Below are positions 29,962-42,717 of a stretch of DNA of 64,000 nt, one piece after another (positions within the stretch are counted from its first letter, which is position 1; every line of letters starts with the position of its first letter). The notes under the pieces were generated by a model, which saw only the letters and a program-made list of their open reading frames with translations, did no database searches and had not been told where the DNA came from. The translations under genes and the position numbers were made by a program. Source of the stretch: the human T2T-CHM13v2.0 reference genome, Homo sapiens. Location: NCBI RefSeq assembly GCF_009914755.1, contig NC_060927.1, one strand, 5' to 3'.

Positions 29962-30960
29962 TTTTTTTTTTTTTTTTTTTTTTAAAATAAAGAGATATAA
30001 TTTACATACCACAAAATTTATCCTTTTAAAGTGCTTTTCAATATTTTCACGAAGTTGTGTGAAAATACTAATTCCAGAACCATCACCACTATCTAATTCC
30101 ATAACATGTCATCACCCCCAAAAGAAACCCTGTACACATTAACAGTCACTCCCTATTTTTTCCTGCCCCCAGCCCCTCAAAACCACCAATTCACTTTCTG
30201 TCTCTATGAATTTGTCTATTCTAGACCTTTCATATACCATAGATTTATAAGTCACTATGTGGCCCATTTTGTCTGACCTCTTTTACTTAGCATAAGGTTT
30301 TCAAGGTTCACCCATGTTGTAGCATGTATCAGTACTTCATTCCTTTTTATTTATGGCTATGTAATATTCTACTGTATAGATGTACCACATTTTGTTTATC
30401 CATTCATCAATTGATGAACACTGAAGTTGTCTCCAATTTTTGGCTATTATAAATAATGCTGCTATGAACATTATTGTACAAGTCTTTGTGTGGACATGTT
30501 TTTAATTCTCTTGGCCTAGCAGTGAGATTGTTGGGTCATATGGCAACTTCATGTTTGATGTTTGGAAGAACTACCAAGCTATTTTTCAAGGTGGCAGTAT
30601 CACAGCATTCTTACCAGCAATATATGAAGATTCCAATTTTCCATATCATTGCCAACATTTGTTGTTGTGCCTTTGATTGTATTATAGCATCACAGTAGGT
30701 GTGAAGTAGCATTTCATTATGGTTTTGAATGGCATTTCCCTAATGATTAATGATGTTGAGCCTCTTTTCACGTGTTTATTGACCTTTTATATATCTTCTA
30801 AAAGAAATGTCTATCTAAATCATTTTCCCATTTTTAAAAATTGTTGAGTTGTAAGTGCTCTTTACATATGCTGAATACTAATCTTTTCTCAGATATATGA
30901 CATAAATATTTTATCCCTTTCTGTGAGTTGTCTTTTGACTTTCTTGATAGTATGCTGCCT
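29962..30960 (-). mobile_element. L1MB (7/8-like) 3' end
   Basis: T tail then GAGATATAATTTACATACCACAAAATTTATCCTTTTAAAGTG and antisense ORF2 end. Confidence 0.88.
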
Positions 30961-31169
30961 ATACTTTGGATACTATGCTCCATAGTTGTATAATAAGCTG
31001 AAGCTGCCTGTTTCATCTGCTGAACAAACACACAAACAAAACTATAGAAAATACTCCAGGTGCAAATGTGCACTATGTTTGTATGAAAATATAAAATAAT
31101 GAACTTTCAAGCACCATCATTTTGGGCTTGTGAGTTACAGCCTAAGCCACAATCTGGGCTTACACATTT

Positions 31170-32113
31170 TTATAGTGGCAAAAATTCATTTTGTAAGATG
31201 ATAGCTGCCATAAGTAGTGATTCTTCTGATGTATACAGGCAAAGAAAATGGAAAACCTTCTGGAAAGAATTCACCATTCTAGATATAATTAAGAACATTC
31301 ATGATTCATGGGAGGAGGTCAAAATAGCAACATTAAAAGAAGTTTGGAAGCAGTTTATTCCAACCCTCATGGATGACTTTGAGGGGTTCAGGATTTCAGT
31401 GGAGGAAGGAACTGCAGATGTAGTGGAAATAGCAAGTGAACTAGAATTCAAAGTGGAATCTGAAGATGTGATTGAAATACTGAATTCTCACGATCAAACA
31501 TTAAAGAGTTGGCATTTATAGATGAGCAATGAAAGTGATTTTATTCAGATGGAAACTACTCCTGATGACGATACTTTGAACATTGTTGAAATGACAACAA
31601 AAGATTTAGATTATTACATAGCTTAGTTGATGAGGCAGCCACAGCATCTGACAGAATTGACTCCACTTTGGAAAGAAGTTCTGCTCTAAGAAAATGCTGT
31701 CAAACAGCATTGCGTGCTACAGAAAAATCTTTTGTGAAAGAGTCAATCAATGGGGCAAACTTTATTGTTGTCTTATTTTAAGAAATGTCCACAGCCACCC
31801 CAACCTATAGCAATGACCACTCTAATCAGTCAGCTGTCACTAACATTGAGGCAAGAGCCTCCACCAGCAAAAAGAGTATGACTTGCTGAAGGCTCAGTTA
31901 ATTGTTAGCATTTTTAGCAGTATTTTTAGATTAAAGTATGTACCTTTTTTTTAGACATAATGCTATTGCACACTTAATAGTCTACAGTATAGTGTAAATG
32001 TAATTTTTATATGTACTGGAAAACCAAAAAATTCATGTGATTCACTTTATTGGGGTATTCATATTATTCTGGTGGTCTGGAATTGAACTTGCAGTATCTC
32101 TTAGGTGTGTTTA
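31170..32113 (+). mobile_element. Tigger1 (TcMar-Tigger) 3' half, dead transposase
   Basis: ORF 31099-31521 KTFWKEFTILDIIKNIHDSWEEVK...PTLMDDFEGF is Tigger1 transposase; right TIR-like end followed by TA. Confidence 0.92.
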
Positions 32114-32990
32114 TAAAAGAAACTCAAACGACTCAATAGGAAGAAAACAAATAACCCATTTTTTAAAAATAGGCAAAGGACCTGAATAGGCATTTTCCCA
32201 AGAAGACATAAAAATGTCCAACAGATGTATGAAAAGTTACTCAATATCACTAATCATTAGATAAATTCAAATTACAACCACAATGAGATATCACCTCATA
32301 CCTATTAGAATGACTATTATCAAAAAGGTAAAATATAACAAATATTGGAAAGGATATGGAGAAAAGAAAGCCTTTGCACACTGTTGGTAAATTAGTATAA
32401 CCGTTATGGAAAAGTGTATGAAGTTTCCTCAAAAAGTTAAAAATAGAACTACCATATGTTCCAGCATACCACTTTTGGGTATATAGCCAGAATAATTAAA
32501 AGCAAGATCTCAAAGAGATATTTGAACACCCATGTTTATTGCAGCATTATTTACAATAGCCAAGAGGTGGAAACAACCCAAATGTTCATTGACAGATTAA
32601 TGGATAAAGAAAATTTATATACATACAATGGAATATTATAAAGCCTTAAAAAGGAGGAAATCCTGTCAAATGCCACAATATGGATGAACCTCAAGGATAT
32701 TATGCTAAGCAAAATAAGCCAGTCATAAAAGAACAAATACTCTATGATTCTATTCATATGAAGTATTTAAAATAGTGAACACAGAAACAGAAAATAGAAA
32801 GGCGGTTGCCAAGGGCTGGGAGGAAGGGAGAGGGAGAATTAGTATTTATGGATATAGAGTTTCAGTTTGCAAGATAAAAGAGTTCTAGAGATCTGTTGCA
32901 CAACAATATACTTAACAGTAGTGAACTATACACTTAAAAATGGTTAAGATTATAAATTTAAAGTTACATACTTTTTACCCCATACACCCA
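32114..32990 (+). mobile_element. L1MB (3/4-like) 3' end
   Basis: ORF2 C-terminal motifs and 3'UTR GAGTTCTAGAGATCTGTTGCACAAC...ACTTAAAAATGGTTAAG. Confidence 0.88.
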
Positions 32991-33430
32991 AAAAAGCATT
33001 AGCTGTGCAAAGTACAGTTTCTAAAAAAATGTGTATTTGGGCTAATCTTCCAATTCTGTTCTAATAAATACATATAATTCCAGATCTGATCATTCCATTT
33101 AACTCAAATCTGATTGGTAAGTCTTTATGACCAATGAGTATTGGAGTGCTGAGAAATTATGTATAAATCACCAGCCATATATTTCATGAGTTTTATAAAG
33201 AATTTATTATTTTCCATAAAAAGAGAGAGAGAGAAAACTATGGATTTGGAGGGGCAAAATTTAGTGGCAGATTATGCCAAAGGGAGAACGATTATTCACA
33301 TCTTGGTGGGACAGTCTCAGTTGGTTCCTGGGTGAATTTCGTTCTATTTTGTCTGACATCAAGATTTCAATGTGCATGTCTCATTAGTGCTTGTAGGCAT
33401 TTTTATAATGGGAATTTATTACACTTTCAG

Positions 33431-33740
33431 GTGACAGAAGCTGCCCTTTAAAGAATTGCTTTCTGACGTCCTCCTTTTTCAACCTTCAACACCTGCTGAA
33501 TGAAGTGGCCTGTACTCTTTTCCTGTCCCCATATAGACACTGGAAGTTTTTGTGTGCAGGAGAGCAGGACTGAAAAGCTTTGGCTGGAAGGTTTTTGTAG
33601 CAGCCTGCTTGTTGAATTGCCATGGATCAACAAATTAGAAGAAGATAGCTGAGAAGATAAAGTATTTGGTAGCTGTAAAGCTTCAAGCAGGAACTCAAGA
33701 AGATTTTTAGAACATCTGGTCGAAATTTATTTCTTTATAG
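33431..33740 (+). other. Candidate non-coding exon or alternative first exon
   Basis: Apparently non-repetitive; TTTCAG| acceptor at 33430, strong TAG|GTAAGC donor at 33740; no long ORF. Confidence 0.4.
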
Positions 33741-35969
33741 GTAAGCATCCCCTTTTACAACCAGCATACATAAAGCATTAAATTGGCTTACCCCACCCCT
33801 TCCTAACAGGAGAGAAGCTGGTTAGATTTATTACTCCTTTGATACAGGTCTGGAGGGAGAGTGAAGTGGCATGTGGAACTCCCACTGAAGGACTCCCTCA
33901 AAATCTTTAGGACTCCTTTTAGATAGAATGTTTGTCTGCAATTTCTAACTCATTTTTAAGAATCTCTCTAGATTGAGATTGTGCAAGATCATTCACAAAA
34001 ATAAAACTCAATTGATAATGTTTCTGGATTTTTTCTGTAATATTTATGTCCAAGCAAGGGATATCATCAACACAAAACTTTTTATTCTCTTATTTTTAAA
34101 ATTGGTTTTTGTGTAACTGGCTCATTCTCTTGCTCGGTTAAATTTAAAATTTATTTTCCTTTGACAATAAAGGTGGAGTTAATTGTTTTGTCTGTGTCTG
34201 CCTTCATTTTGGGTGTCCATAACAACCTCCAAACACCAAACTGCATTGTTCTTTTAATATGGAAGATTATAACTAACAGGTTTCATAATACTTTTTTGTT
34301 TTAAAGATATAGCATACCCAACCAATCAAACCAAATAACCAGTTATTTCAAAATTGTATGAATATACTGCAGAAGGGGAGCTGATTTCAAATCAGTGTTT
34401 TCAAGTTCATGGCAAAATTTTAACACTTGTGTTAGAAAAGTATATTTCATTTAATGCTGTTGCTTACATGACATTGTGTTCATATTATTATCCATGCTAG
34501 AATAATTTGAAATAAATCTCACTTTCTGAAATGTACACTAATCATATTTATGCTGTAGCATCCTAAGTGCTTTAAATATTCATCTATAGTAAAAATGTGC
34601 TTTGAAACTAATGTATATAAAAGGAAACTTTTCTAATTTATGATTTTCAATGGGCTTAGTTACTTCCCATGTACCTAAGCTGTCCTTCACTAAACAACTA
34701 TGCGATCAGATGATTTACATACATTCTTGTATTTCTATTATTCTTTAGCTTTTAAAATAGTTCTGAATATTAGCTGTGGCTTACATAAAATTTAGTCTTG
34801 TAATAAATGTGATCTATTATTTATGCAAGACTTTCAGCGATATTATGAAAGAGAATGTTTAGAAACTTTTTACATTCCAGGAGGGAATGAAATTGGTTGG
34901 GATACATCCAAGCAGAGTTAAAATTAGTTCAGAAGCAAATAAAAGCTTAGCAAGTCAAAGGAAATTTTGGGGTACAATTAATCTTTACTGTCATCTCTTG
35001 GTATGCTATACATTTTTATTAAAATAATTAAGATCAAACTGTATTGAAACAATCTGGAGTCTTTACATTTCATCCAAAAGACAAACAAAAAATCGAATCA
35101 ATGGAGAGGATTATTATTATATTTTTTTACCTATAGCTATATCCAGATGGGGAGAAAAACAGCCCCACCTTATATAGTTAGTACCATCAGTTCAGAAGCC
35201 ACCATTTTTGTGTGTTATCCAGTTTCTTTTCTTTCCTTGTTCCCCCACAGTGCCCTGACTGCCTTGGTCATTTCACTGTTCATTAGCATCTCACTAGAAG
35301 AGGGAAGAAAAAAAAGAGGAGGTGAAATTAAGCAATCAACTTTGTTACTTGTTAAAAAAGGTGGCCAAGAGGTTGAGTAGAAGTTAGAAGTAAGAGTTAA
35401 AAATATATTTTTAAATTGTCAACGTGTTTTCTCAGCCTATGCTAGGCCTGTTAATATCAGAACTAATTAGAGTTAGCCAAGTTACAATGCAACTCTACAG
35501 TAGATATAATCACCACTATCACCAAGTCCACTGTCTCTGGGGTTAGAGAAGGCCTGGTTGATGTATATCTGGCATTTAGAAAGAGAAGTCAGAATGAATC
35601 CTTTTTTTAAAAAAATGAAATAAGGGGGGTTAAGTAATGATTTCTATTGTGGAAAGCTCAAAAATTATGTTTGTTAAAGATGTTTGTCAAAGGATAAAGA
35701 TGTCTAGTTACGTACTTGTACTTGTGGCTTTTCAGTTTACTAAATTAAACTTCAATTTTAAAAGGAGTAAAAGATACAGATATGTCTCAGAGAAATAGAA
35801 AATACTATAGGGTGGCATGAATTCCAAACTCTGAAGCTCAAGGAGAGCAAAGTCACAGAATGCTGAAGAATTCAGGAGTAGTTTGGTTTTATCTCACCTC
35901 CACCTTTTTTTCCTTTTCAGAGAAACGACAAAAGTTTGCTTCTCAATCCCTTCTGTAAAAGCCCAAATG

Positions 35970-36321
<352 letters not shown>

Positions 36322-36505
36322 TCAAATATTCAGGACAAGAGGGAGCCCACATAACCATTTGGGAAAGGTCCTTTTAGGGCTCCCAGAACTGAGGAAATCA
36401 GGTGGTACCACTTTAAGTACAGTATTTAACTATGAATGAGTCACTGGAGAGCCACTTTTGGTAAGTTTAGGAATCAAAGAAAAAAGTCGTCCCACTGCAG
36501 ATTGA

Positions 36506-36528
36506 TTTTTTTTTTTTTTTTTTTTTTT
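36506..36528. repeat. Poly(T) tract
   Basis: ~23 T followed by CAG. Confidence 0.95.
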
Positions 36529-36549
36529 CAGGGATAAACAGCAGATTAT

Positions 36550-38530
36550 GGCTTCGGAGCCTGGGCTGTCCTTTGTTGGAGGGCACGATGCACCATAGAT
36601 TTTTATTTTCACGAAACAGACTCCAGAGGTTTGTGGCCTTCCAGACAACAGCTGGCACCGGGCAGAGGCACAGCCTACGGCCTGAGCTGCTGGCGACTGC
36701 ATCGCGCTTGGCCGTGCGTCCCAGGCTGCGCTGGCCAGCACCGCAGCCAGAGAGCTTCCCGCTCCGAGCAGGAGCGGACGCTGTTCGTCTCTGGAGGGGC
36801 CATGGTGCTCGCGACTGGCTGTTCCTCCTTATATTTGGGGGAAAGGAGCTGGTTTGAAGGAAAGGAGGGATTAAGTTTGTAAAAGCGTTGGCTCCTCCTT
36901 ATAACTCTGGTGCCTAAAGGGGGTGAGATGATAGCCAAATAAAACGAAGAGAGATGACCCCGTTTTGAGTGAGGAGGATTTCTGGATGAGCCGGCGATAT
37001 GTCCTGCAACTGTCGATTTGGCAGATTTGACTCAATCAACTGACAATTGGTTCCCACTTCAAACACACCTCCCTCAGCCTAGTGCTCTAACCGACTCCCC
37101 AGACTCGGGGTGGGGACCAAGCAGAACAAGAGAATCAAAAGTCAGCCTTCTTTTGGTCTCTGCTCGTGCACAACTGGTTTGGTTCTGAGCAGGCTGATGT
37201 TTGAGAGGAAAAGCCAGGACTGCTTGGGCTCTTTGGCGGGATTTGAGTGTGTATGCTGGGAGGGGGGCGGGTAGGAAGAGGTGGGAGCAGAGTTAGGCTG
37301 AGTACTGAGCGAAGCCCCTTATTTTGCGTCCCAGCTGCCCTTCCAGCCCCCAGCGCCCAGCCCCCGCCGCGGCTGGGTGAAGAGGAGGGGTCGAGGAGGG
37401 CGCAGGGCGTGGGGGACGCCCAGCAGCGCCTCAAGCCCGTGGTGGCGGCGGGGCTGTCTCTTTAAGCGCTCCGGAGGGGCTGGGGCGGGAGGGCGGCGAG
37501 CGCGTTTCCATGGCACCGGGGCTGCGGGGGCTGCTGGGCCACTGGGCTCACTCGGTTTCAGTTGCTCCCGGCGGAGCAGGGGCATGCAGCTCAGCGGCCA
37601 CCGAGCCTCTGGGGCTCGCCCGGCCGCTCCTCGCGCTCCCAGACGCCTGTGACGCCTGTTGGGGCCAAGCTGCTGCCGTTCCCTCCGCAGACAGACGCGC
37701 CGCGCCAGCCTCACGAGCCCTGCACCAACTTCTGCCCGACAAGCCCAACTTCTGCGCCGGGTTCGGACTTGCGGAGCCGGAACGGCGCACCGCGCGCAGC
37801 CCGGGCGGCGGCCAGGGCGGATCAGCCTCGCCGAGATGTCCTCGCGACTGTGGCTCTGGTGCTTCTGCCTGGGCGGTTGCCGGCTGGCCGCCAGGAAGCG
37901 CCCTACAGCTCCGGCTGGGCATGTAAGTGGCGCCCGCGCGCTCCGGAACGCTTGGAGAGAGCAGACAACAGTATGCCCCGCCCCACCTCGGACCTGGTGC
38001 GGACACCGCGGCCCGAGCCCGGGAAGGGATGGGGGGCAGGAGGTGGGGACAGACACCTGCGGGGGCTGCGGGCTGTCCCGGGCGGAGCGCGGCGGAACGC
38101 AGTCCCCAGCTAGTCCTTGGGGAGCGCCAGCCCGGGAGCGGAGACCGCGACCGGGGCGGGTGTGCTCTCCACCCGGTACTTCCTCAGCGCCTGACAGATT
38201 TTTGTCCCCCGCCCCCAGGTTTGGGTGTGTGCGCGCGTGGTATGTGTGTGTTTTCGTTATTTTTCTGTTTTAAGAGTAATTGGCTAATGACTACCACTTT
38301 GTGACAGGGTTGTGAATGAAATCCTGTCGAACACCGAGTTTGACATTTTTTTCTTTGTAGAGACCAATGAGTTCGTGCACATGTATTCTTTCTTTTTTTG
38401 GGGGAAGTATCGCCGAGTCGGACGGAGTGGTTTATTCCACAGGTTTGACCAGAGGCAAATCCTGGCTCGTCTGCCGAAGTGAGGAGCTGGGGAGATGAGT
38501 ATATGAAGGATTGAGTGCTCGGCCACTTAG
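36550..38530. promoter_or_regulatory. CpG island promoter (core ~37240-38260; upstream CpG patch ~36550-37020)
   Basis: Abrupt high GC and CpG density; GC boxes near 37262, 37360 and 37482; TATA-like TTTAAG at 37461. Confidence 0.93.
37490..37922 (+). other. Probable first exon of an unidentified + strand gene (start approximate)
   Basis: Inside the CpG island, ends at CAT|GTAAGT; G-run-rich intron-like sequence follows; no recognisable coding exon in the next 26 kb. Confidence 0.65.
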
Positions 38531-40369
38531 CTGCTAGTCCCCTTATTAGAGAACTGAAGAGTTAGTAGGAAGGTGACTCAAACGCATCGTCTCAGGATGG
38601 GCATGGTTTCATTCCGGATTAGAAATCATGAAAGCTAGGAGATAATTCTTGTCACCGTGTCAACCATTAGCGAGGAGCTCACGGGAAGTCTAAGTCTTTA
38701 CAAATTGCCTAGTCCTCTTGACTGGCTGGAGAAGTTTCACCTGAATTCTGTAGCCTCAGCGGAATCATCATCGAACCACCTGAGAGAGAAAACAGATCTA
38801 ATTCTGCTTTTCGATTTCTGCTCCTGGGCGGTTATGAATAGACACCAGAATATTTTGAACATGTAAACATTTTTGCCATTTTGCTCCTACTCTGCTTCAC
38901 CTTTGCCTTTCTGAAATGTGAATACTTTATTATAGAAAAATGGCTTAGATAAGTACACAAAGCCATCCATAGATCTCTGAGGCTTTACTTTTTCCTGTAA
39001 GAAAAATTCGATTTCAGGGTTCAAATTACATTTCCATATTTCATTTCTTTCATGTGAGATTCAATCTTGACACATGGCCAGGGTGTCAGTGGCATCTCAG
39101 AACTTCTTGCCTACATAGTTTGTAGATATGTATTTGGCAAAAATGCCACGTTTCTGGGTATGTGATTTCTCTTGAATTGATGTGTCTTGTTTATTTTGAA
39201 GAGAAGGTTGATTTAGACTTTTCTTCTTCAGTTTATCTCAGAAAACACATCCGACTTTGGATAGCTTGTGCATGCGTAAGCCTGCACTTCTTAGAAACTG
39301 TCTTTTAGAAAGCTTGCAGAGTAGCCATGCTCTTACCTTTACAAGTGCCTTTATTTAAGTGGATCCTAGGTTGGCTAATTAGCCACGAAATCACCCATGC
39401 ACACTGAGACAGAACAGTCCCTTTGGAGAGGAACTGAGAAATAACAGAAATACCTACATCACTTTTGACCTTGTTTGGCTGTTTTACCTCAGGTTTCAAT
39501 ATTGACTCTTTTGTTGAAAAGGCTGGAGGGATGACACTGCATTTTTTTTTCTTTTAAGGATACTGCTACTGCAGCTCATTTATTTATCAAGTGAGATGAG
39601 ATCAGATATTAAAAAATATATGAATTCTTAAGTGTTTAATACAGATGCTTTTTCCAGGATGTCATTGAGGATGTTTTCCAGGATGTACTTTCTGAAATCT
39701 TGATGGGAAAAATCCAAATTTTGTAGTTCTCCTTGGTATTAGACATAATGGTGGTTTCTTCAGCAGGAATCGTGTTGGGATTTAGTGCTAGGTTTCTTCA
39801 GATGCCTTTGCAATTGTTGTAGGCATGTGAAATGTAGCCACATATAGATAGCACTTGGCTTCCGCATACCTGCCTATCTATTAAATTAAAGAGAATTCTT
39901 CCTGAGATTTGTATTGACCTCTGATGTCCATTATCAGTGAGAGCAGGCTTCTAATGAGGTGAAGACCACTAATGAGAATGCATCATCTTACTGACTGGCA
40001 CTTATAGGTCATTAACACAGGTAAAAGTTTGATGTAGCTAAACTTGTACTTGAGAAAATTTTGGAGCTGGGGTGACAAGTGAAAATAAGAAACAACTGTG
40101 CAGCTAACCAGCAGTCATTGTGTTTATGGTGTATTCCTCTGAAGGTAAGCTCATTTCCAAAGAAATTTTTTTTAAGAAAGCAAAAGATGAAATATGAATA
40201 TTCCAACTCTAATGATAATTGATCTGTCTGATGACCTTGTCTTACCACATTTAGGAAATCTTGAATAACTAATATTAGGCAGATTCATAAAATCAGCATT
40301 TGGAAGAGTGCCTAAGTACCTATTACGTACAGAGGCATTAGAAATCACAGGCAACAATTAATCCGTTTG

Positions 40370-40570
40370 AATTCTTACATGCCAGGCAAATTTCTAGCTA
40401 CTTTACATGTATTATTTCATTTAATCCTGGAAATGCCCTATGAGGTAGGCACATTATCATACCATTTTATGACAAAGAAAGAGACACAGTAAGGTTAAGT
40501 TACATTCCAGAAATTCAGAAGATCTGGGCCTAGGCAGTTGGATTCCAGAGCTGAAGTTCTTAACACATGC
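40370..40570 (-). mobile_element. MIR
   Basis: TTATTTCATTTAATCCT...TATGAGGTAGGC...AAGGTTAAGTTAC. Confidence 0.75.
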
Positions 40571-41742
40571 AGTCCATTTAAGAACGCTCAGGCCCAGCCT
40601 CTGTTTTTAAGAAGTTCTTTTTAATCACTTCAATGCGTTTTCAGTGGGAGTAGAGCTGGTACCTTCTACCTAGTGGTTGAGATACCTGTGCCACCTTTTT
40701 TGATTGTTGCCATAGTTATATGGTTCTGTTGGCATTCTGTGGTGGGTATGGAGAGAGGTTGGCATGCTAATTGTGCTGCTATGGGTAGGATAGTTCCTCA
40801 CAAGGAAGATCTGATTTATCTCCTCCTTATTGAGACTCTTCATAGGAAATTATCCTCCTCTCTCATGGCTGTAAGTACTTGAGTATTAAAATGAGGGGGT
40901 AGGTTTAAACTGGATATTATACAGTGGGAGTAGTTATCTGAGGCAAGTGCATTAAAAATTAGAGAGTTGTAACTGGTAACGGCATTTTGATAAAGGGATA
41001 TTGAAGAGTTTACTTATGTTAATGGTATTCTGCAAATGTTTTCTGAAGGATTAAATAGGAGGAAATAAACTCTACTCTGGATCTTTGAGACATCAAAGGA
41101 AAATGATTGGCTGTAATGCACTCTATTAAAATTTATCTTTTGTAATGTACTCTTGTAAACACTTGCATAATTATTTTATGCATCCTAATGAAAAGTAGTA
41201 AACATGGGAGTGTTGCAGATATCATAGCAGGCATAAATGAATAAAGGAAGATGAAGTAGCTTAAGCTCCTGGGACATGTGATACTTGGATTTCTCTGATA
41301 TCTGGTGGGAATTTTTAAACAACATGGCCACTTTGTGACTCAGCAGTAGTCTAAACTGTGTAGGACATTTCACTTCCATCCCCTAAGATAGTACAGGCAG
41401 TTTTGACATACAGATCCCAAGTATGGCTGATATGAAACTGTCTACCCCTCTCCCATGACACACATACATAGAACTATGTTTCACCTCTTAGTTACAGGCT
41501 TAATACAGGCTTCTGTAGTTAATGTGGAAACTTAGGGTCAGTCAGAGAGAGAGTGACAGTGACTTAGATTTTATGAAGAACCAATGGATTTGGAAATAGA
41601 GCCAGTCAATAATCTATGATAATAATTTGGAATAGTGAAGGAGAGATGACAGAGTTGTCTGTTGTCCCCCACACATGCTGGAATTTGTTTCTTTTTATTA
41701 TTATTATTTAAACTTTTGATATTATACAGCCTGAAATTGAGC

Positions 41743-42099
41743 TGTCTTAGTTCGTTCGGGCTGGTGTAACAAAATACCATAAACTAGGTGGGTTTTAAAC
41801 AACAAACATTTATTTCTTATGGTTCTGGTGATTGAGAAATCCAAGATTTCTCAGAATCTTGGATTTTCATAGATCTGATGTCTTGTAGAACCTGTTTACT
41901 GGTTCACAGATATAGGTTTGTCCTCAGGTGGTGCAAGGGGTAAAGGAGCTCCCTTGGGCATACATTAATTTCAGTCATGAGGGCTCTACCCTCGTGATGT
42001 AATCACTTCTCAAAGGCCACATTTCCTACTACCATCACATTGGGAGTTAGGGTTTCAGCACAGGAATTTCAGGAGGAAACAAACATTCAGACCATATCA
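41743..42099 (-). mobile_element. MLT1A-like solo LTR
   Basis: TGTCTTAGTTCGTTCGGGCTG...CAGACCATATCA; 5-bp TSD TGAGC/TGAGT. Confidence 0.85.
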
Positions 42100-42140
42100 T
42101 GAGTGAACTAGAGATATGTGGGGCTAATAATAATCCCTTA

Positions 42141-42478
<338 letters not shown>

Positions 42479-42619
42479 TAAACATAGTCTGGGTTTACTC
42501 ATTAATTTAAATTAATTGGAAAAGAGTTTTTTTCTTTTGAGGTCAGGCACATTAAATGAGCAGAAAATGAATTTGAGAAGAGAAGGCTGTGTGCATTCTC
42601 TATGGGTAAAACATTTTTT

Positions 42620-42717
42620 AGCAGTTTGTATATTAATATCTTCAATCCTAACAACAATCATATGAGGTAGATAACACCATCATCTTTTTCAGATGAGGTC
42701 ACTGAGGCACAGAGAGG
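42620..42717 (-). mobile_element. MIR left part, split by THE1D (continues ~45080-45180)
   Basis: CAGATGAGGTCACTGAGGCACAGAGAGG then TTAGGCAACT...ATAGCTGAGAAGTGG after the element. Confidence 0.75.

Noticed and set aside
31099-31521. 140-aa ORF as a domesticated transposase gene
   Set aside because: Fragment of a 5'-truncated Tigger1 with stops and frameshifts immediately downstream
29962-32990. Opposed L1MB pieces around Tigger1 as one inverted L1
   Set aside because: Both cover the same 3' region and have different 3'UTR types, so they are independent insertions
36827-36838. CArG box CCTTATATTTGG
   Set aside because: Eight A/T bases between CC and GG rather than six
37490-37922. Assigning a gene symbol
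   Set aside because: I do not recognise the exon sequence; BLAT against a primate genome is required
37135-38304. Stack of 90-245 aa ORFs on both strands
   Set aside because: Expected stop-codon scarcity in a CpG island; Arg/Pro/Gly/Ala-rich with no recognisable domain
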